DNA of 64,000 nucleotides from Dictyostelium discoideum (GCA_000004695.1 CM000153.2:4480001-4544000), one strand, 5' to 3'; shown: positions 17,295 through 34,561, counted from the first letter of the stretch. Notes: generated from the letters alone by a model not told the origin. Translations and numbers: made by a program.

Positions 17295-18252
17295 TTAAAA
17301 TAGTTACAATGTATTTAAATTTGGTGGTAACACTGAAAATGGAAAGTTACCATTAATATTGAATAAATTACCTGCATTTGTAATAAATCTGTTTTTTTTT
17401 TTTTTAAAAAAAAGGTAAATAAATTTAGGTTTAAAATATATATATATATATTAAAAACATACATTCCCTCCACCAAATCATCATCAGAGTAATTTGACAA
17501 GTCTATATAATCAATTGGTTTTTTAATTTGATACCCAATCGAACTATTATTTAATTAGTAAATAATAATAATTATTAGTAATAAATAATTAATAATTAAT
17601 AATACTTACAAACCAGTATTTTTATTAATAGAAATTGGTATTTTAGTTAAGGCTATTGGAAATGGGTAGATATGTGATGGATCTGCTGATTTCAAGTTTA
17701 AACTTCTAATTTTTGAATAAGTTGAAAAATTAGAAAACGAATTTTGGTCTGTACCTGGCAACAGAGTAAATTCTCTAAATTATATATAAATTTTTTATAT
17801 TAATATTATTTTGGAAATATATTATTTAAAAATTATTATAAATAAATAAAATTTAAATACATACAATAAACCACCTTTTAAGTTATCCATGGATGGTATA
17901 GAGTGTGTGTATATTGGAAAAATTCGAAAATATTGGTTATCTGTTATTATGGAATGATCGTTTATATCATTTATATAGTTGATTTTATATTTTGGTGCTA
18001 ATGTTTGAGTTGAGAGAGAAAAATCTATTACATTCAAAAGATTTGATAAATAAATATTTAGAGGTCCTGAAAGGAATAATTTCACTGAAAGATTATTGAA
18101 TGGTATTGTTTTATTTACACCACTATCAATATTAAATAATGTTGAATCACCATTAAGTAATGATACCATTTTCAATGATTCAGGAAATTTCCCTAATAAA
18201 AATTGATTTGTAACTCTGAATTTATCTATATTTCTATAATTTGATAAACATA

Positions 18253-18334
<82 letters not shown>

Positions 18335-18779
18335 ATTTTATATTAACATACATTTTATTTAAAGCTGAATAACATTGAAAATGGTCAGGTGATAATAAAT
18401 TTGTTTTATTTTTATGTGTTGCTCTTATATGTCTAACCGTTCTAGAAGTTTCATTGCAATCAATCGAAAAATCGATTGGATAAATCGGGATACCACAAAA
18501 ATTATATCCATTGAATGAACTATCTATTCGATATTCAATAGATGCTTGTGATATTATATTTAATAGATTTATTGTACAATTATCTAAAAATAATAATAAT
18601 AATAATATTTTTTAAAAATACAATACATAAGTTAATATTAAAAAAATGATGATAATTACAATAAATAAATGAATGAATAAAAATAAAATACTACATTCTG
18701 ATTCAGTGAGTGGGTTTTGTGAATTTATTATTTTAATTGAAAATATAAATAATAAAAGTAAAATTAATATTCCTCTCAT
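15367..18779 (-). CDS. LRR-EGF-TM receptor-like family member, copy B. Intact. A near-identical tandem duplicate of copy A.
   Basis: The minus ATG at 18779 gives MRGILILLLLFIFSIKIINSQNPLTESEC. The exon pattern is the same as copy A: 18360-18600, 17900-18330, about 17640-17760, 17315-17500 and the terminal exon 15367 to about 17164. The 597-aa terminal ORF is about 97 percent identical to the 589-aa ORF of copy A. Introns and the upstream region (15060-15240 against 19040-19230) are also conserved. The spacing between copies is 3966 bp. Confidence 0.6.
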
Positions 18780-19664
18780 GATTTTAAATATTTCTTTAAT
18801 TGCATTTATCTAACATATTTTTTGTTTTAAAGTTTTTTTTTTCTTTTCTTTTTCTTTTTTTTTTTTATTGAACCATTTAAAATATTAATAAAATTGATAA
18901 GTGGGTGTTTTTGGTAAAAAAAAAAATAAAATAAAAAAAATAAAAATAAAATAAAATTAAAAAAAAAAAATAAAAGTTTTGGGAATTTAAAGGCAAAATC
19001 AATATTAATTGCCATTTTATTTTATTTTTTTTTTTTTTTAAGGAAGTATTTCATAAAAATGGTAAGGAAAATTACTTTTATTTTTTATTTTTTAAAAATT
19101 ATATATTCCACCATAAATTTCTTCTTTTTATTTGATTATTATTTTTTTTAATTTTTTTTTTCAACTTTTTTTTTTCAATTTTTTTTTTTAACTTTTTTTT
19201 TTCAACTTTAATATTACATTGATACTGGTGCTTTTATATTAATTATAAAATGATTTGAAACTAATTACAATGAAAACAATACCATAGAAACCTAAATAAA
19301 CAAAGTGATGTCAGTCAATATTGGTTTGTTTTACTTTCAAATAACACTTAAAAATTCAAATAATCCCATAACCCAGTAGTAGCAAAAATATCAGCAACAA
19401 CATCACCATCATCATTTTCGGTAATATTGAAAAACTAAACTCATCAACACCAATTATTTAATTTTATCACATCATTAAACCACCACCATCACAATCTTCA
19501 AACCCAACAATTCATCACCAAATTAGGTGTTACAATAATGAGTAATATTTCTCACAAGTCACTGTTTATATCGTCAAATAATGTTTTAATTTTTATTTTA
19601 ATTTTATATTTAAATTTATTTTATATATTTAGATTTTATTAATTAAAAAAAAAAGTTTAAACAG

Positions 19665-19699
<35 letters not shown>

Positions 19700-20496
19700 A
19701 AAAAATTCTTTCTCTTTTTTTTTATTTATTTCTTTATGTATTATCAGATTTAAAAAAAATTGTGTTTAAATAAATTTTTTTTTTTTTTAATTTTTATTTA
19801 TACACCAACACAAAGATTAAAAAAAAATAATAAAAAATAAAAAACATTTCAAGATCAATTTTATACAACAGGATTTTTCAACCATTTTATTTGTTAATTA
19901 TTTTTTATTTTTTTTTATTTTTTTGTTTATTTTTTTTTTTTTTTTTTTTTTGTTTTTTGGTTCCAACTTTTATATATTTTTTTATTTATTTATTTATTTA
20001 TTTTTTCTTTAAAAAAGTATAAAAACAAGTAAAAATAAAAAAAAAATGTTAATTTAGAGAAAACAAGAAAGAAAAAAAAAGGAGAAACTTTAATACATCG
20101 AGATTTTTCAATATAATTATTTCTAAAAAGTTTTTTTTTTTTTTTTTATAGATTAATTTAATTTTTTAGAAATTATATTGTAACAAAAACATTACTATTT
20201 ATAGATAATAAACTAAAAATAAACATTAATATTATTATTATAATTATTTTTCTATTAATAAAATTATTGTTATTATATTTATTGATATGATCATAGAATT
20301 TAACCAATTCGTTAAAAATACACATTGTCCAATTAATTTAACCTCTTAACCTTCATTATAATGTCCAATTTGTTTTTTTTTTTGTTTTTTTTTTTAATTT
20401 AACACCATTAATTATCTAGTGATATCTTTTTTATGTATAAAAAAGTCACATTTCATCATCATCGTCATTTTCGTCATCAATACTGTTTTTGTATAA

Positions 20497-20538
<42 letters not shown>

Positions 20539-20818
20539 TTAATAATCAAAAATCACTTTTTGACACATTAACCACCCCCACACCACCATAACACAAACGA
20601 TCCCCACCATGTCGATATTAATAAGACACCACACTTTTTTTTAAAAAAAACAATAAAATAACAATCAAAAAATTTTATTTAAAAAACCCCCTCAATGAAA
20701 AATGGTAAATACTCATTAGATAAGAGTGGATAGTGAACAGATACTGAGTAATAAATATATATATTATATACATATGTATAAGACTTTTATTTTATTTATT
20801 AAACTAAAAAAAATACAT

Positions 20819-20850
<32 letters not shown>

Positions 20851-21028
20851 AAACTTATTTCCATTTTTATATGATAGGGGGTTTTTTTAAAAATTTGTGT
20901 GTGAAAACAAATCAAGTTATATTCTTGTGTTTGTATGTTTAATTAATTCTTTTCCATTGTAGAGTAATAGATTTAGAGGGGAAATTATTTTATTATTATT
21001 AATATTTATGGTTGTTCTTTGTGTGCAC

Positions 21029-21063
<35 letters not shown>

Positions 21064-21377
21064 TTTATTATTATTATTATTATTTTATATATATACCTAC
21101 CACCCACTCCTCTAACTTTATTATAAAAAAATAATTTATAAAAAATAAATTAAAAATTAAATTAAAATAATATAAAATTTTATTTTATAAAATAAAAAAT
21201 AATTATGGTAGCTATTCAGAATATTATTAATAAGTTTTTTTCATCATCAGCATCATCAAATCAAATCAAATCACTTAAATTCACATTTAAATTTTTATAA
21301 TAATTTAATATATTTTCAATTTTTATTTTTAACTATTTTTTAAAAAGAAATAATTTGTTAATTAAAATTAAAAAATT

Positions 21378-21414
<37 letters not shown>

Positions 21415-21649
21415 TTACTGATCCTATAATTTAATTATACATTTTTTAAAGTATTTATTAATTTATAATAAATAATAATACTACTAATAATTATTTTAAT
21501 CAAAAAAAAATAATAAAAAATAATAAAAAAATAAAAACTATTCAAAATATTAAAAATATAAATATTAATCAAAAACATTTTTTTATTTGTTTATTTTTTT
21601 TTTATTTTTTTCGTTGCTTAAAAAAATAATAATAATAATAATTATAATA

Positions 21650-21691
21650 ATAATAATTCAATAAAATAATAATAATAAAAATAATAATAAA

Positions 21692-21732
<41 letters not shown>

Positions 21733-21800
21733 TAATAATAATAATAAAATAATAATAATAATAATAAAATAATAATAGTAATAATAAAAAACAAAATAAA

Positions 21801-21896
<96 letters not shown>

Positions 21897-21930
21897 TATA
21901 ATAATAATAATAATAATAATAATTCACTCA
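21650..21930. repeat. (AAT)n microsatellite, about 280 bp, intergenic.
   Basis: A long run of TAA triplets with a few AAAA interruptions. It underlies the poly-Y ORF 21658..21927. Confidence 0.8.
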
Positions 21931-22670
21931 TTTATATATATATAATTTTTTTCTATATATATATATATTTTTTACCTTTATGAATTAATTTTTTTTTTTT
22001 TAAAAAAAAAAAATTAAATATTATTAAATAATTCAATAGTAAATTTACTTTTCTTTTTTCTTCTTAATAAAGAGAAAGAAAAATAAAATTATAATTTAAA
22101 AAATTATAATTATAAAAAAAATACAATTACTAAATTAATATTTATTATAAAATGACAATTTTAGGTAATTATACAATTAATTTTTCTTCTTTAAAATTAG
22201 CTATTTACTAAATTTTTCTTCTTTAATTAATTTTCTAGAATCAATAACTAAAATTTCAAACGCATCGATGGATATTAATAAAATAAATAGTAACAATAGT
22301 AACAACATTAATAATAATAGTAATAAAATAATACAGCAACTACCATTCATAAATATATATGAAAAATCAATATGTACCGCTATAATTCCTCATAATGAAA
22401 TTGAGAGGAAAATGCCAATTTTTAAAAGATTTTGTTAGACAATCAAAAAAAAAAAAAAGAAAAAAAAAAAAAGAAAAGAAAAAAAAAATAGCAAAATACA
22501 TTAGATAATTCAATCTTTTTTTTATTGTAAATAGCCTCCTCCAATTTTGTTTTCCTTCACTCAAAAAGATTGAACTTATCACAATAATACCAACAAATAA
22601 CAATGAAATAAATATTAAAAATAAACAATAGAAATGACAAAGTTAATTTTTTTGGTTTGACCGATACAAC

Positions 22671-22709
<39 letters not shown>

Positions 22710-22995
22710 AATCAATAACATCCAACACAATACTCTTTTCTCCTTTTTTTAAAATCTAAATCTTAATTCTTTTTTTTTTTTTTCCAAAAAAAAAAAAAAA
22801 CCAAAAATATAAATATAAATATAAAAATCAACATTCGTTCTTTTTAAATAAAAAACGAAACCCCTTATTTACAACATATAATACTTTATTTAAATAAAAA
22901 CCTTAAAATTACCAAATTTTGTTTGTTTATTTTTTTATTTTTTTTTTTTAAAGTTAATTATATTTTTATTTTTACTTTTTTTATTTTTTTTTTTT

Positions 22996-23699
22996 TTATT
23001 TTTCCTCTTCTTCAGTTTTACCTGATAGTTTTAATTTTCTTTTTTGAATGATATCATAATTGTAAACACGTGAAACGTTAACATCAGTTGTAGTGATTTG
23101 ATCCTTTACAAAACCTAAATCTTGAATGCTCTCACTAAGTTGACGATCGACTGTATCTTTATTCTTTCTTAATACCTCTCTTGCTTCTTCAAATGAATAT
23201 TCCAACATTACATTTGCACCTAACCATAAATAAATTGATTTTGGTTCATTTACTTGTGCTGAAGAGTAAACACCTTCTGAAAGTTCATATTGTACTGAAA
23301 ATGATTCATTCTAAAAATTATTTACATATTAAAATGTTAGTATGATTTATAATGATGATAGTGGTGGTGGTGGTGGTGGTGGTTGTAATTGAATTTGAAT
23401 TGGATTGAATAATTTGGATACTATACAGATTTATTTTCAACATGATCGACAATATCTAAAGATTCTTGTAATTGTTTTGATCTTTGAGTTAACATTGAAA
23501 TATTATTTGAAAGTTTTGATTCAAAAAATTTATATTTTTGATATGCTTCTTGTAATTGTTTGAAAACATTTTCAACATCTTTATCTTTAACAAATTCTTC
23601 AACATTTGAAATGAATGTAACCATTGGAATATTGGTTGCTGTTTTTATATCTTGTTCAAATAATATTTTATATGGGTCTGCATTTGTAATTGTGGCCAT
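22996..23699 (-). CDS. pfdn3: Prefoldin subunit 3 (VBP1 homologue). Two exons, 23427..23699 and 22996..23310, giving about 195 aa.
   Basis: Exon 1 reads MATITNADPYKILFEQDIKTATNIPMVTFISNVEEFVKDKDVENVFKQLQEAYQKYKFFESKLSNNISMLTQRSKQLQESLDIVDHVENKS. The donor GTATAG is slightly atypical. The acceptor TTTTTAG lies at 23311-12, and the intron is in phase 0. Exon 2 reads NESFSVQYELSEGVYSSAQVNEPKSIYLWLGANVMLEYSFEEAREVLRKNKDTVDRQLSESIQDLGFVKDQITTTDVNVSRVYNYDIIQKRKL... These match the VBP1 hallmarks (KLDEQYQKYKF and LWLGANVMLEY...DQFTTTEVN..RVYNWDV) as I recall them. Confidence 0.75.
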
Positions 23700-24351
23700 C
23701 TTTTTCTTATATCTTTCTTCTTTTTTTTTTTTTTTTTTCCAACCTGTAAATTCTGTCTAACAAATTTAAAATTAATATATGTACAAATTTAGACAAGAGA
23801 GAGTGAGAGAAAAGCGAAAATGAAAAAATTGTTTTTTTTTTGATTTTTTTTTTTTTTTTTTAAAAAATTTGAAAAAAAAAAAAAATATTTTTAACAATAT
23901 TGGTTTTTTTTTTTTTTTTTTTTATTTTATTTATTTAATCAAAAATTTTATTTTTAAAATTTAATTATTTTTTTTATATTTTTTTATGGTTTGTGTATTT
24001 TGAGTTATTCTTTTTTTATATACTAAATTCATATTAAAAATAAAACTTAATCATTGATAAAAAATAAATTAAAATATTAGGTAAATGTTTATTTTGTTTC
24101 TTTTTTTTTTTTTAAAAAAACAACCTTGTGGTAGTAATTTTGCGGGCAATTAAATTAGTAAATACTATCATACGCCAAATCACTAAATATTTAATTAAAA
24201 TTTTTAATAAAAAAGATAATATCACTAAATTAAAGTTTTTACTAATAAATAAGATTTTTATTGGTTTTTTTTTTTTTTTTTTTTTTTAAAATTAAATTAA
24301 TTAATTTATCGATGATTTTTTAATTAAATGGTTTCAAAATATTATAAATAT

Positions 24352-24591
24352 TTAAATTTCATAAGATGGACGTGTAAAGAAACCTTTGAAATAGTTTTTA
24401 TCACATGTTTGATTCTTTGATGTTAAAGTAGATGTTTCATTTCCGTTTATTGAGATTTTGTTTGATGAGGTTTTGTTTGTTAATGAGATAATTGATTCTA
24501 TTGTAATTATAAAAAATTAGAATCAAATTAGATTATTTAAATTATAATTAAAAAAAAAAAAAAAAAATTTTAAATACTTACTGAATAACAT
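24352..24591 (-). CDS. Candidate 2-exon micro-gene encoding a 51-aa Ser/Thr/Asn-rich peptide. Hypothetical.
   Basis: The minus ATG at 24591 gives ATGTTATTCA, followed by a canonical GTAAGT donor at 24576-81. An 84 nt intron ends at ACAATAG with the acceptor at 24498-99. Exon 2, 24352..24497, is in frame with phase 1. The product is MLFKSIISLTNKTSSNKISINGNETSTLTSKNQTCDKNYFKGFFTRPSYEI. The exon lies in a local island of lower A+T content (24360-24500) within an otherwise more than 85 percent AT intergenic region. Confidence 0.25.
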
Positions 24592-26252
24592 TTTTTTTTT
24601 TTTTTTTTTAAAGAAATAAATAATTAATATCTAATAAATAAATAATTGTATAAATAAAAAATAAATAGTTTTAAATAATAATTAGTTTTAATATTTTAAT
24701 TTTGAGATTATTGTTGTTGATTATTATTTTTTTAAAAAAAAAAATCGATTCTATTTATATTTTTTTTTTTTTTTTAGGAAAGTTAAAAAATTAATATCTC
24801 TCATAATTTTTTTACATATTAAAAAAAAAATGTATTTTTTCTTAATTTGTTTGTATTACCCCCTTGTATAATTTTTTTTTTTAAAAAAATTTATTTTTAA
24901 ATACCAAAATAATTTAAAGTTTCTCAAATTATACAACAAGTAAATACAAGAATACACATTAACTATTTTAAGAATAGTCAAAAAATAATTGATTTTAGAA
25001 TATATTTTTTAACAAGTAACCCATTGTTTTTCTGTTACCAACTGAATCATTACCTTGGACAATCTATTTCTTAGAATATTTGTTTTTTTTTTTTTTAAAT
25101 CAATAACCATATTAGGGTTTTTTATTTTGTTTTTTTTTTAAAAAAAATATTCAAACTCTATGAACAATTTCTTAATCAAATATATTTCATTTTGATTTTA
25201 AAAATATCTTAATAAAATTGTTGACATCAACAATTATTAAATTTAATTAATTTTAATCATTTAAAAGATTTTTTAATTAATTGGTTTTTTTCTTTAAAAA
25301 CAAATAATAATTCAAAGAAGAAAATAAAAAGGAAACAATTAATTATTTAATATCAAGATTTATACATTTTTATCAAAAAATAATTTTACTTAATTATTAT
25401 TATTATTATTTAAAAAATTTATTATTTTTTTTTTTTTTTTTTTTTTGTTTTTTAAAATTTATTAAATTCTTTTCTTGAAGTTCAATTAATTTATTCAAAT
25501 TATCAATAAGTTCTACAACAAGTTAATTAAAAAATAAACTCATAAAATTTAAATCTAGATTTAAAATTTGATTCCTAATTTTAAAAATCGAAAAAAAAAA
25601 TAGTAATAAAAATCATGCTTGTGTGTGCGTGGGTAAATGTAAAAATAAAAAATAAAAAAAAACTCTACTTGTTTGTATGTGGTATCCATATAAATTTACT
25701 TGTTTAGTATTTATAAAAAATTAATTATTAAAATTTGTATTTTAACTCCACATAATTAAATTATTTTTGTTTTATCCCTCATTAAATCATCCGCTATCAA
25801 TTGATTTCCGAAACAGTTTTTAAATGATTGAACTTATATTAAAATTTAAAAAAATAAAAAAAAAAAAACTATAAATTAAAAATAAAAAAAAAAAAAAAAT
25901 AAAAAAATCAATCATTATTAACCATTAAATTAAATATAACCTTAAATAAATAAATATAAATCTTCAAAATGTTAATTAGTAAGTTTTTAAAATTAATTCA
26001 ATTAAAAAAAAAAAAAAAATAAAAATTAAATAAACTCTAACATTATTTTTTCAAATTAGAATCAATCATTTCTTTAAATTTAATTTCATCTTCAAATAAT
26101 TCAAATATTTCAAAAGATGATAAATTAAAAATTATTTCGTATGATTTAAATAAAAACTCAAATACAAGTCCAAAATATGTTTGCATATTCACAAGACCAT
26201 TATATAATTGTTAGGAAAAAAAAAAAAAACAATATCATCATTTTTTAAATCG

Positions 26253-26318
<66 letters not shown>

Positions 26319-26468
26319 TTATTATTATTATCATTATTATTATTATTTATTAAAATAAAAAAAATAAAAAAATAAAAAAATTTATTATTATTTAATTTTT
26401 TAAAAAAAAAGGTTTTAAAATAAAATTTTATAAAATTATTTATTATTTTAAATGAATATTAAAAATAT

Positions 26469-30076
<3,608 letters not shown>

Positions 30077-30869
30077 TTTTTATTTCTATTTCTCTTTTTT
30101 CTTTTTTTTTTTTTTTTTTTTTAAAAAATTTATTAAATTAGTTATTCACACAACTCTTAAATTTTATTGTTATTTATTATTATTATTATTTTATTTTTAT
30201 GGTACAATTTATTGTTACTAATTAAAACCATATACAATTGTGTGTGTGAGTAATAATTATTATTATTTTATTTAATTTTATTATTCTTTTTTAATGAGTT
30301 TTGCGCGCCTATTGTTTTTGTTATTTACTAAAGTCTACAATAATAAATATTTGAATATGAAGATATGAATTTTGTGTAAAAATAATATTATCATGTGTGT
30401 GTAGTTTTTTTTATTTTTTATTTTTTATTTTTTTATTAGTAAATATTTATTTTATTTTATTTTATTTTATTTTTTTTATTTTTTTTATTATTTTTATTTC
30501 GATTTCGTTATTTTATTATTAACAATTTATAATGCTAATTAATTATTGCTTATTATTCCACACCACAACCGACAAAAAAAAAAAAAGGTGCAACACTTGA
30601 AAATTTGGAAAAAAAACAAAAAAAAAAAAAAAAAAAAAATAAAATAAAAAATAAAAAAACAAAAAAAAAATAAGGCGATATTTTAGAAAAACAAAACAAA
30701 AAAAAAGTGTGAAACTCCAAAAAAGCATTTTTTTTTTTTTTTTTATTTTTTAATTTAAAATAATTTTTTTTTATTTTTTTTATTTATTTTTAATTTTAAT
30801 TTTAATTTATATTTTTTAAAAATAGAATAAAAAAAATATACAAACTGATCAAAGTTTTATTTGGGTGTG

Positions 30870-30920
<51 letters not shown>

Positions 30921-31136
30921 CAAAAGAAAAAGAAAAATTAAAATTAAAAAAAAAAAAAAAAAAAACTTTTGAAAATTTGTGGTTAATCCCTGGGAAAATG
31001 ACATCATTTTTATTTTTATTTTTATTTTATTTTTTTAAAATGCAACAGTAACACAAAATTGTACAACTATTATTATTATATATAATTGTATTTGTGTAGT
31101 TGTTGAGTTTTTGTTTTGTTGTTGTTGTTGTTGTTT

Positions 31137-32608
31137 TTAGTGATTATCTTTAAAAGGTTGTTTTGCCAAGTCACTATAAAATGAACTTTCACTCCTTCCA
31201 GGTTTGAAATTAATAAGACTATTACCTCTTGTAACTCTTTTTTGAGTAAGAGTAGGATAAGTGGTTGTAGTTGTTGTGGTTGTTTTTTTAATGGTTGTTT
31301 TTTTACTATTATCTATTAATACCGAATTTGAATCCATAGATTTTCTTTTTAAAATTTTATTTTGTCTCTCATTATGATCACTTGAAGGTGTTGGATCCAA
31401 TGATTTTCTTCTTTTTGCCATTTTCTTTGGTCTTTCTTCTACTATTTCCTCCTCTTCAATGTGTTCAACCTTTTCTACATGTTCAATCTCTTCAATTCTA
31501 TCATTTGATTCTTCATTTGTTGCCTCCTTCATTGAGTCTTTTACAATGTTTAATTTTTTAGATTGTTGTTTGTTTGAGGAGGATGATGATGATGGTGGTG
31601 ATGGTGATGAAAATGATGATGGTGGTGATGGTGGTGATGGTGATGAAAATGATAATTTTTTTGATACTTTATTTTTAATTGGTGATTTTGTTGGAATTTC
31701 AGTAATTGGTGACATTGGTATTTTTGATTTGGATTTGTTGTTGTTGTTTGGTGTTGTATTTATTTTGTTTTTTGGTGGTGTTGTTGAAGTTGTTGGTGAT
31801 GATAGAGTACTACCACTACCACTACCACTATCACTACCACTAGTATTAATTAAATTTGGAGTTATCTTCTTTGGAGTTAAAGGACAAATATTCTTATTAA
31901 TAGTGATAAAAGGATGAATGAAAGCTCTATTTAAATTGGTTGGAACATTTGAAAACATGAAACGATGCTCACCAATTGAGAAAACGGTTGAAGGTTTTAG
32001 TTCAATTTCCAACTGTTTAAAGTAATTTTTAATACCACCCAATTGGACACTACCATTACCAACATTATCTACCAAATAACATTTTTCAACTTTACCTTTT
32101 ATTGTGTAAACCTTAATTTTTATATGCTTTTTATAAATTTCACCATTATCATAATTTAAATCTTGATTTAATGTTGATGTTGTTGTTGTTGTAGTTGTAG
32201 TTGTAGTTGTTGCTGATGATGAATTTTCTGCAGTAATAATCATTGGTATTGGTTTTGATGGTGATGATATTTGAATATTTTCTTTAATTTCTTCTTCTCC
32301 TTTATTCTCTTTTATTTCTTCTTTATCAATTTGATTAGTTTCTTTAATTTGTTCTTTGTTTTCCTCTATGCTATCTTCCTTTGTATGTTGTGCCGTATCA
32401 TTTTTAATTGGTTGAGGGTTTGTATCAATACAGTCATTAATATCACCTTCGTCATCATCTTCTTCATCGTCATCTTTTGATTTTATAATTGCTAATTGTA
32501 AACTATGAGAACGTGATGATGATCCTCTTTTAAAATATGAGTCATGATCGCTATCAATATTTGAAAAATCTTGTGTTGTTGTTGTTTCATTATTATAGTT
32601 ATTATTAC

Positions 32609-32702
<94 letters not shown>

Positions 32703-32885
32703 TATTTCATCAGCACCATCATCAATGATTGGATTTGTTTTATTTACAATGACAATTAAACAAGACTCGCTGGATGATCCTAAAAAGAATGTGTTTTTTG
32801 TAATATCAACTGACCCAATTCCATCATTCCCATCACTTTCTTTATTTGGTAAAATTATAATTTCACCTAAAAATGATGATGTCAT
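31137..32885 (-). CDS. FHA-domain-containing protein with extensive low-complexity regions. 582 aa, single exon.
   Basis: ORF 31137..32885 starts at the ATG at 32885. An FHA-like core is present (YLVDNVGNGSVQLGGIKNYFKQLEIELKPSTVFSIGEHRFMFSNV). A poly-N run of 36 and poly-T, S/P-rich and acidic segments are also present. No kinase or other catalytic domain was recognised. Confidence 0.5.
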
Positions 32886-33272
32886 TTTTTTTTCTTTTTT
32901 TTTTTTTTTTTATAAATAAATAAAGTGATAAAAAAAAAAAAAGAAAAAAAAAAAAAATAAAAAGAAATAATTGAAAAAATATAAAAAAAAAAATAAATGA
33001 AAGTGTATGAGTATTTGCAAAATAAAAAAAAAAAAAAATTAATTTTTGGGCGCAAAAAAAAAAAAAAAAAAAATAAAAAAAAAAAAAATTAAAATTAAAA
33101 ATTAATAAAATTAAATTAAAGTTCGATTTCCTAAATGGGATCGATATTTGCAATCAAATCTTATATAGTTATTTTTATTTTTTTATTTTTATTTTTTATT
33201 TATAATTTTTACATTTTTGTTTTTTTCTATTTTTATTTTTTTTTTATTTTTTTTTTGTCCCAAAATGATACT

Positions 33273-33568
33273 TTAAGAAGATTTTACTTGAATTGGATTA
33301 ATTTGGGAATATAATAAATTTGAAGCGTCAATACCTTTTAAAAATTCGACTATTTTTAGAGCAAATGGAATAGTGACACCAGCTGAAGAAGCAGTGATAA
33401 TATTTCCATCAACCACTATTGTCTGATCTAATAATTCAATTGAATCTTGCATAAATTGATTACAACCTGGAAAATGAGTTACTTTTCTACCTTTTAATAA
33501 ACCACATTTACCAAAAATTTGTGGTGCTGCACAAATTGCTGCTAAAAATCTGTTATTATTATTTTCAA

Positions 33569-33638
<70 letters not shown>

Positions 33639-33947
33639 TATTTCATTTGAATATAATAAACCAAATCTTTTAATGGCATCAATTAATTTTTGATTTGTTA
33701 ATTGTTGAACGATTCCAGGACCACCTGGAATAATTATTCCATTATAATTTGAGAGTGTTTCAATGAAATCTTGAAATTTATATTCTGTTACTAATTCAAT
33801 ATAATGTGAACCTTTAATTGATTTCTTATCATTATCAATTGAAATTAAGTCAACTCTAATATTAGCTCTTCTTAAAAGATCAAGAGTTGTTACACATTCA
33901 ATCTCTTCGAAACCATCAAAAATTATCATTGCAACCTGAATCGCCAT
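33273..33947 (-). CDS. DJ-1/PfpI (ThiJ) family protein. 224 aa, single exon.
   Basis: The N-terminus MAIQVAMIIFDGFEEIECVTTLDLLRRANIRVDLIS is followed by GIIIPGGPG and then FLAAICAAPQIFGKCGLLKGRKVTHFPG, with the nucleophile-elbow Cys in AICAAP. A run of 24 Asn from the (AAT)n tract at about 33570-33640 is inserted between conserved blocks. Confidence 0.65.
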
Positions 33948-34465
33948 TTTTTTTTTTTTTTTACTGTTTTTTTTTTTTTTTTTACTGTTTTTTTGAACAA
34001 CAAAATATTATTATGGAGACTGTTTTTTTTTTTTTTTTTTTTTTTATTTTTTTTATTTTTTTATTTTTATTTTTATTTTATGGTAACACACAACACCCAA
34101 GAGTCTGAAATTTAAAAAAAGAAAAAAAAAGAAAAAAAAAAAAAATAATAATAATATTAATAAAATTATTATTAAAAAAAAAAAAAATGTTTTTAAAAAG
34201 TAATTTTTTTTAAAATCTTCATTTTATTGTATTTTTTTTATTAACCGCCAGGAATTAATCTTAAAGATCTGCTAAATCTATTGCATTTTAACAAATTTAA
34301 AATGATTGGGGTATTTTTTTTTTTTTTTGGGATTTTTTAAATTTTTTTTTTTTTTTTTTTGTTACAAACCTGAAAAAAAAAAAAGGGTTTTATTTCCCTT
34401 TTCCACCTCTTTTTTTTACACAAGATTGAGTGATAAAGCAATGAAATCAAAATTTTTTTTTTTGC

Positions 34466-34508
<43 letters not shown>

Positions 34509-34561
34509 AAAAAACAAATGTAAGTGCGAGTTTACACAAATACAATCTTTTATTATTTACA

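Noticed and set aside
21658-21927. 89-aa poly-Tyr ORF. Similar poly-Y, poly-I and poly-L ORFs occur at 28277..28480, 28298..28627, 32537..32759, 36518..36715, 36753..37010, 40491..40706 and 61371..61838.
   Set aside because: These are alternative-frame or antisense translations of (AAT)n, (ATT)n and (CAA)n microsatellites. They have no start context, and the composition is the only signal.
31459-31917. 152-aa plus-strand ORF rich in D/G.
   Set aside because: It is antisense to the S/P-rich segment of the FHA-domain gene, with no independent support.
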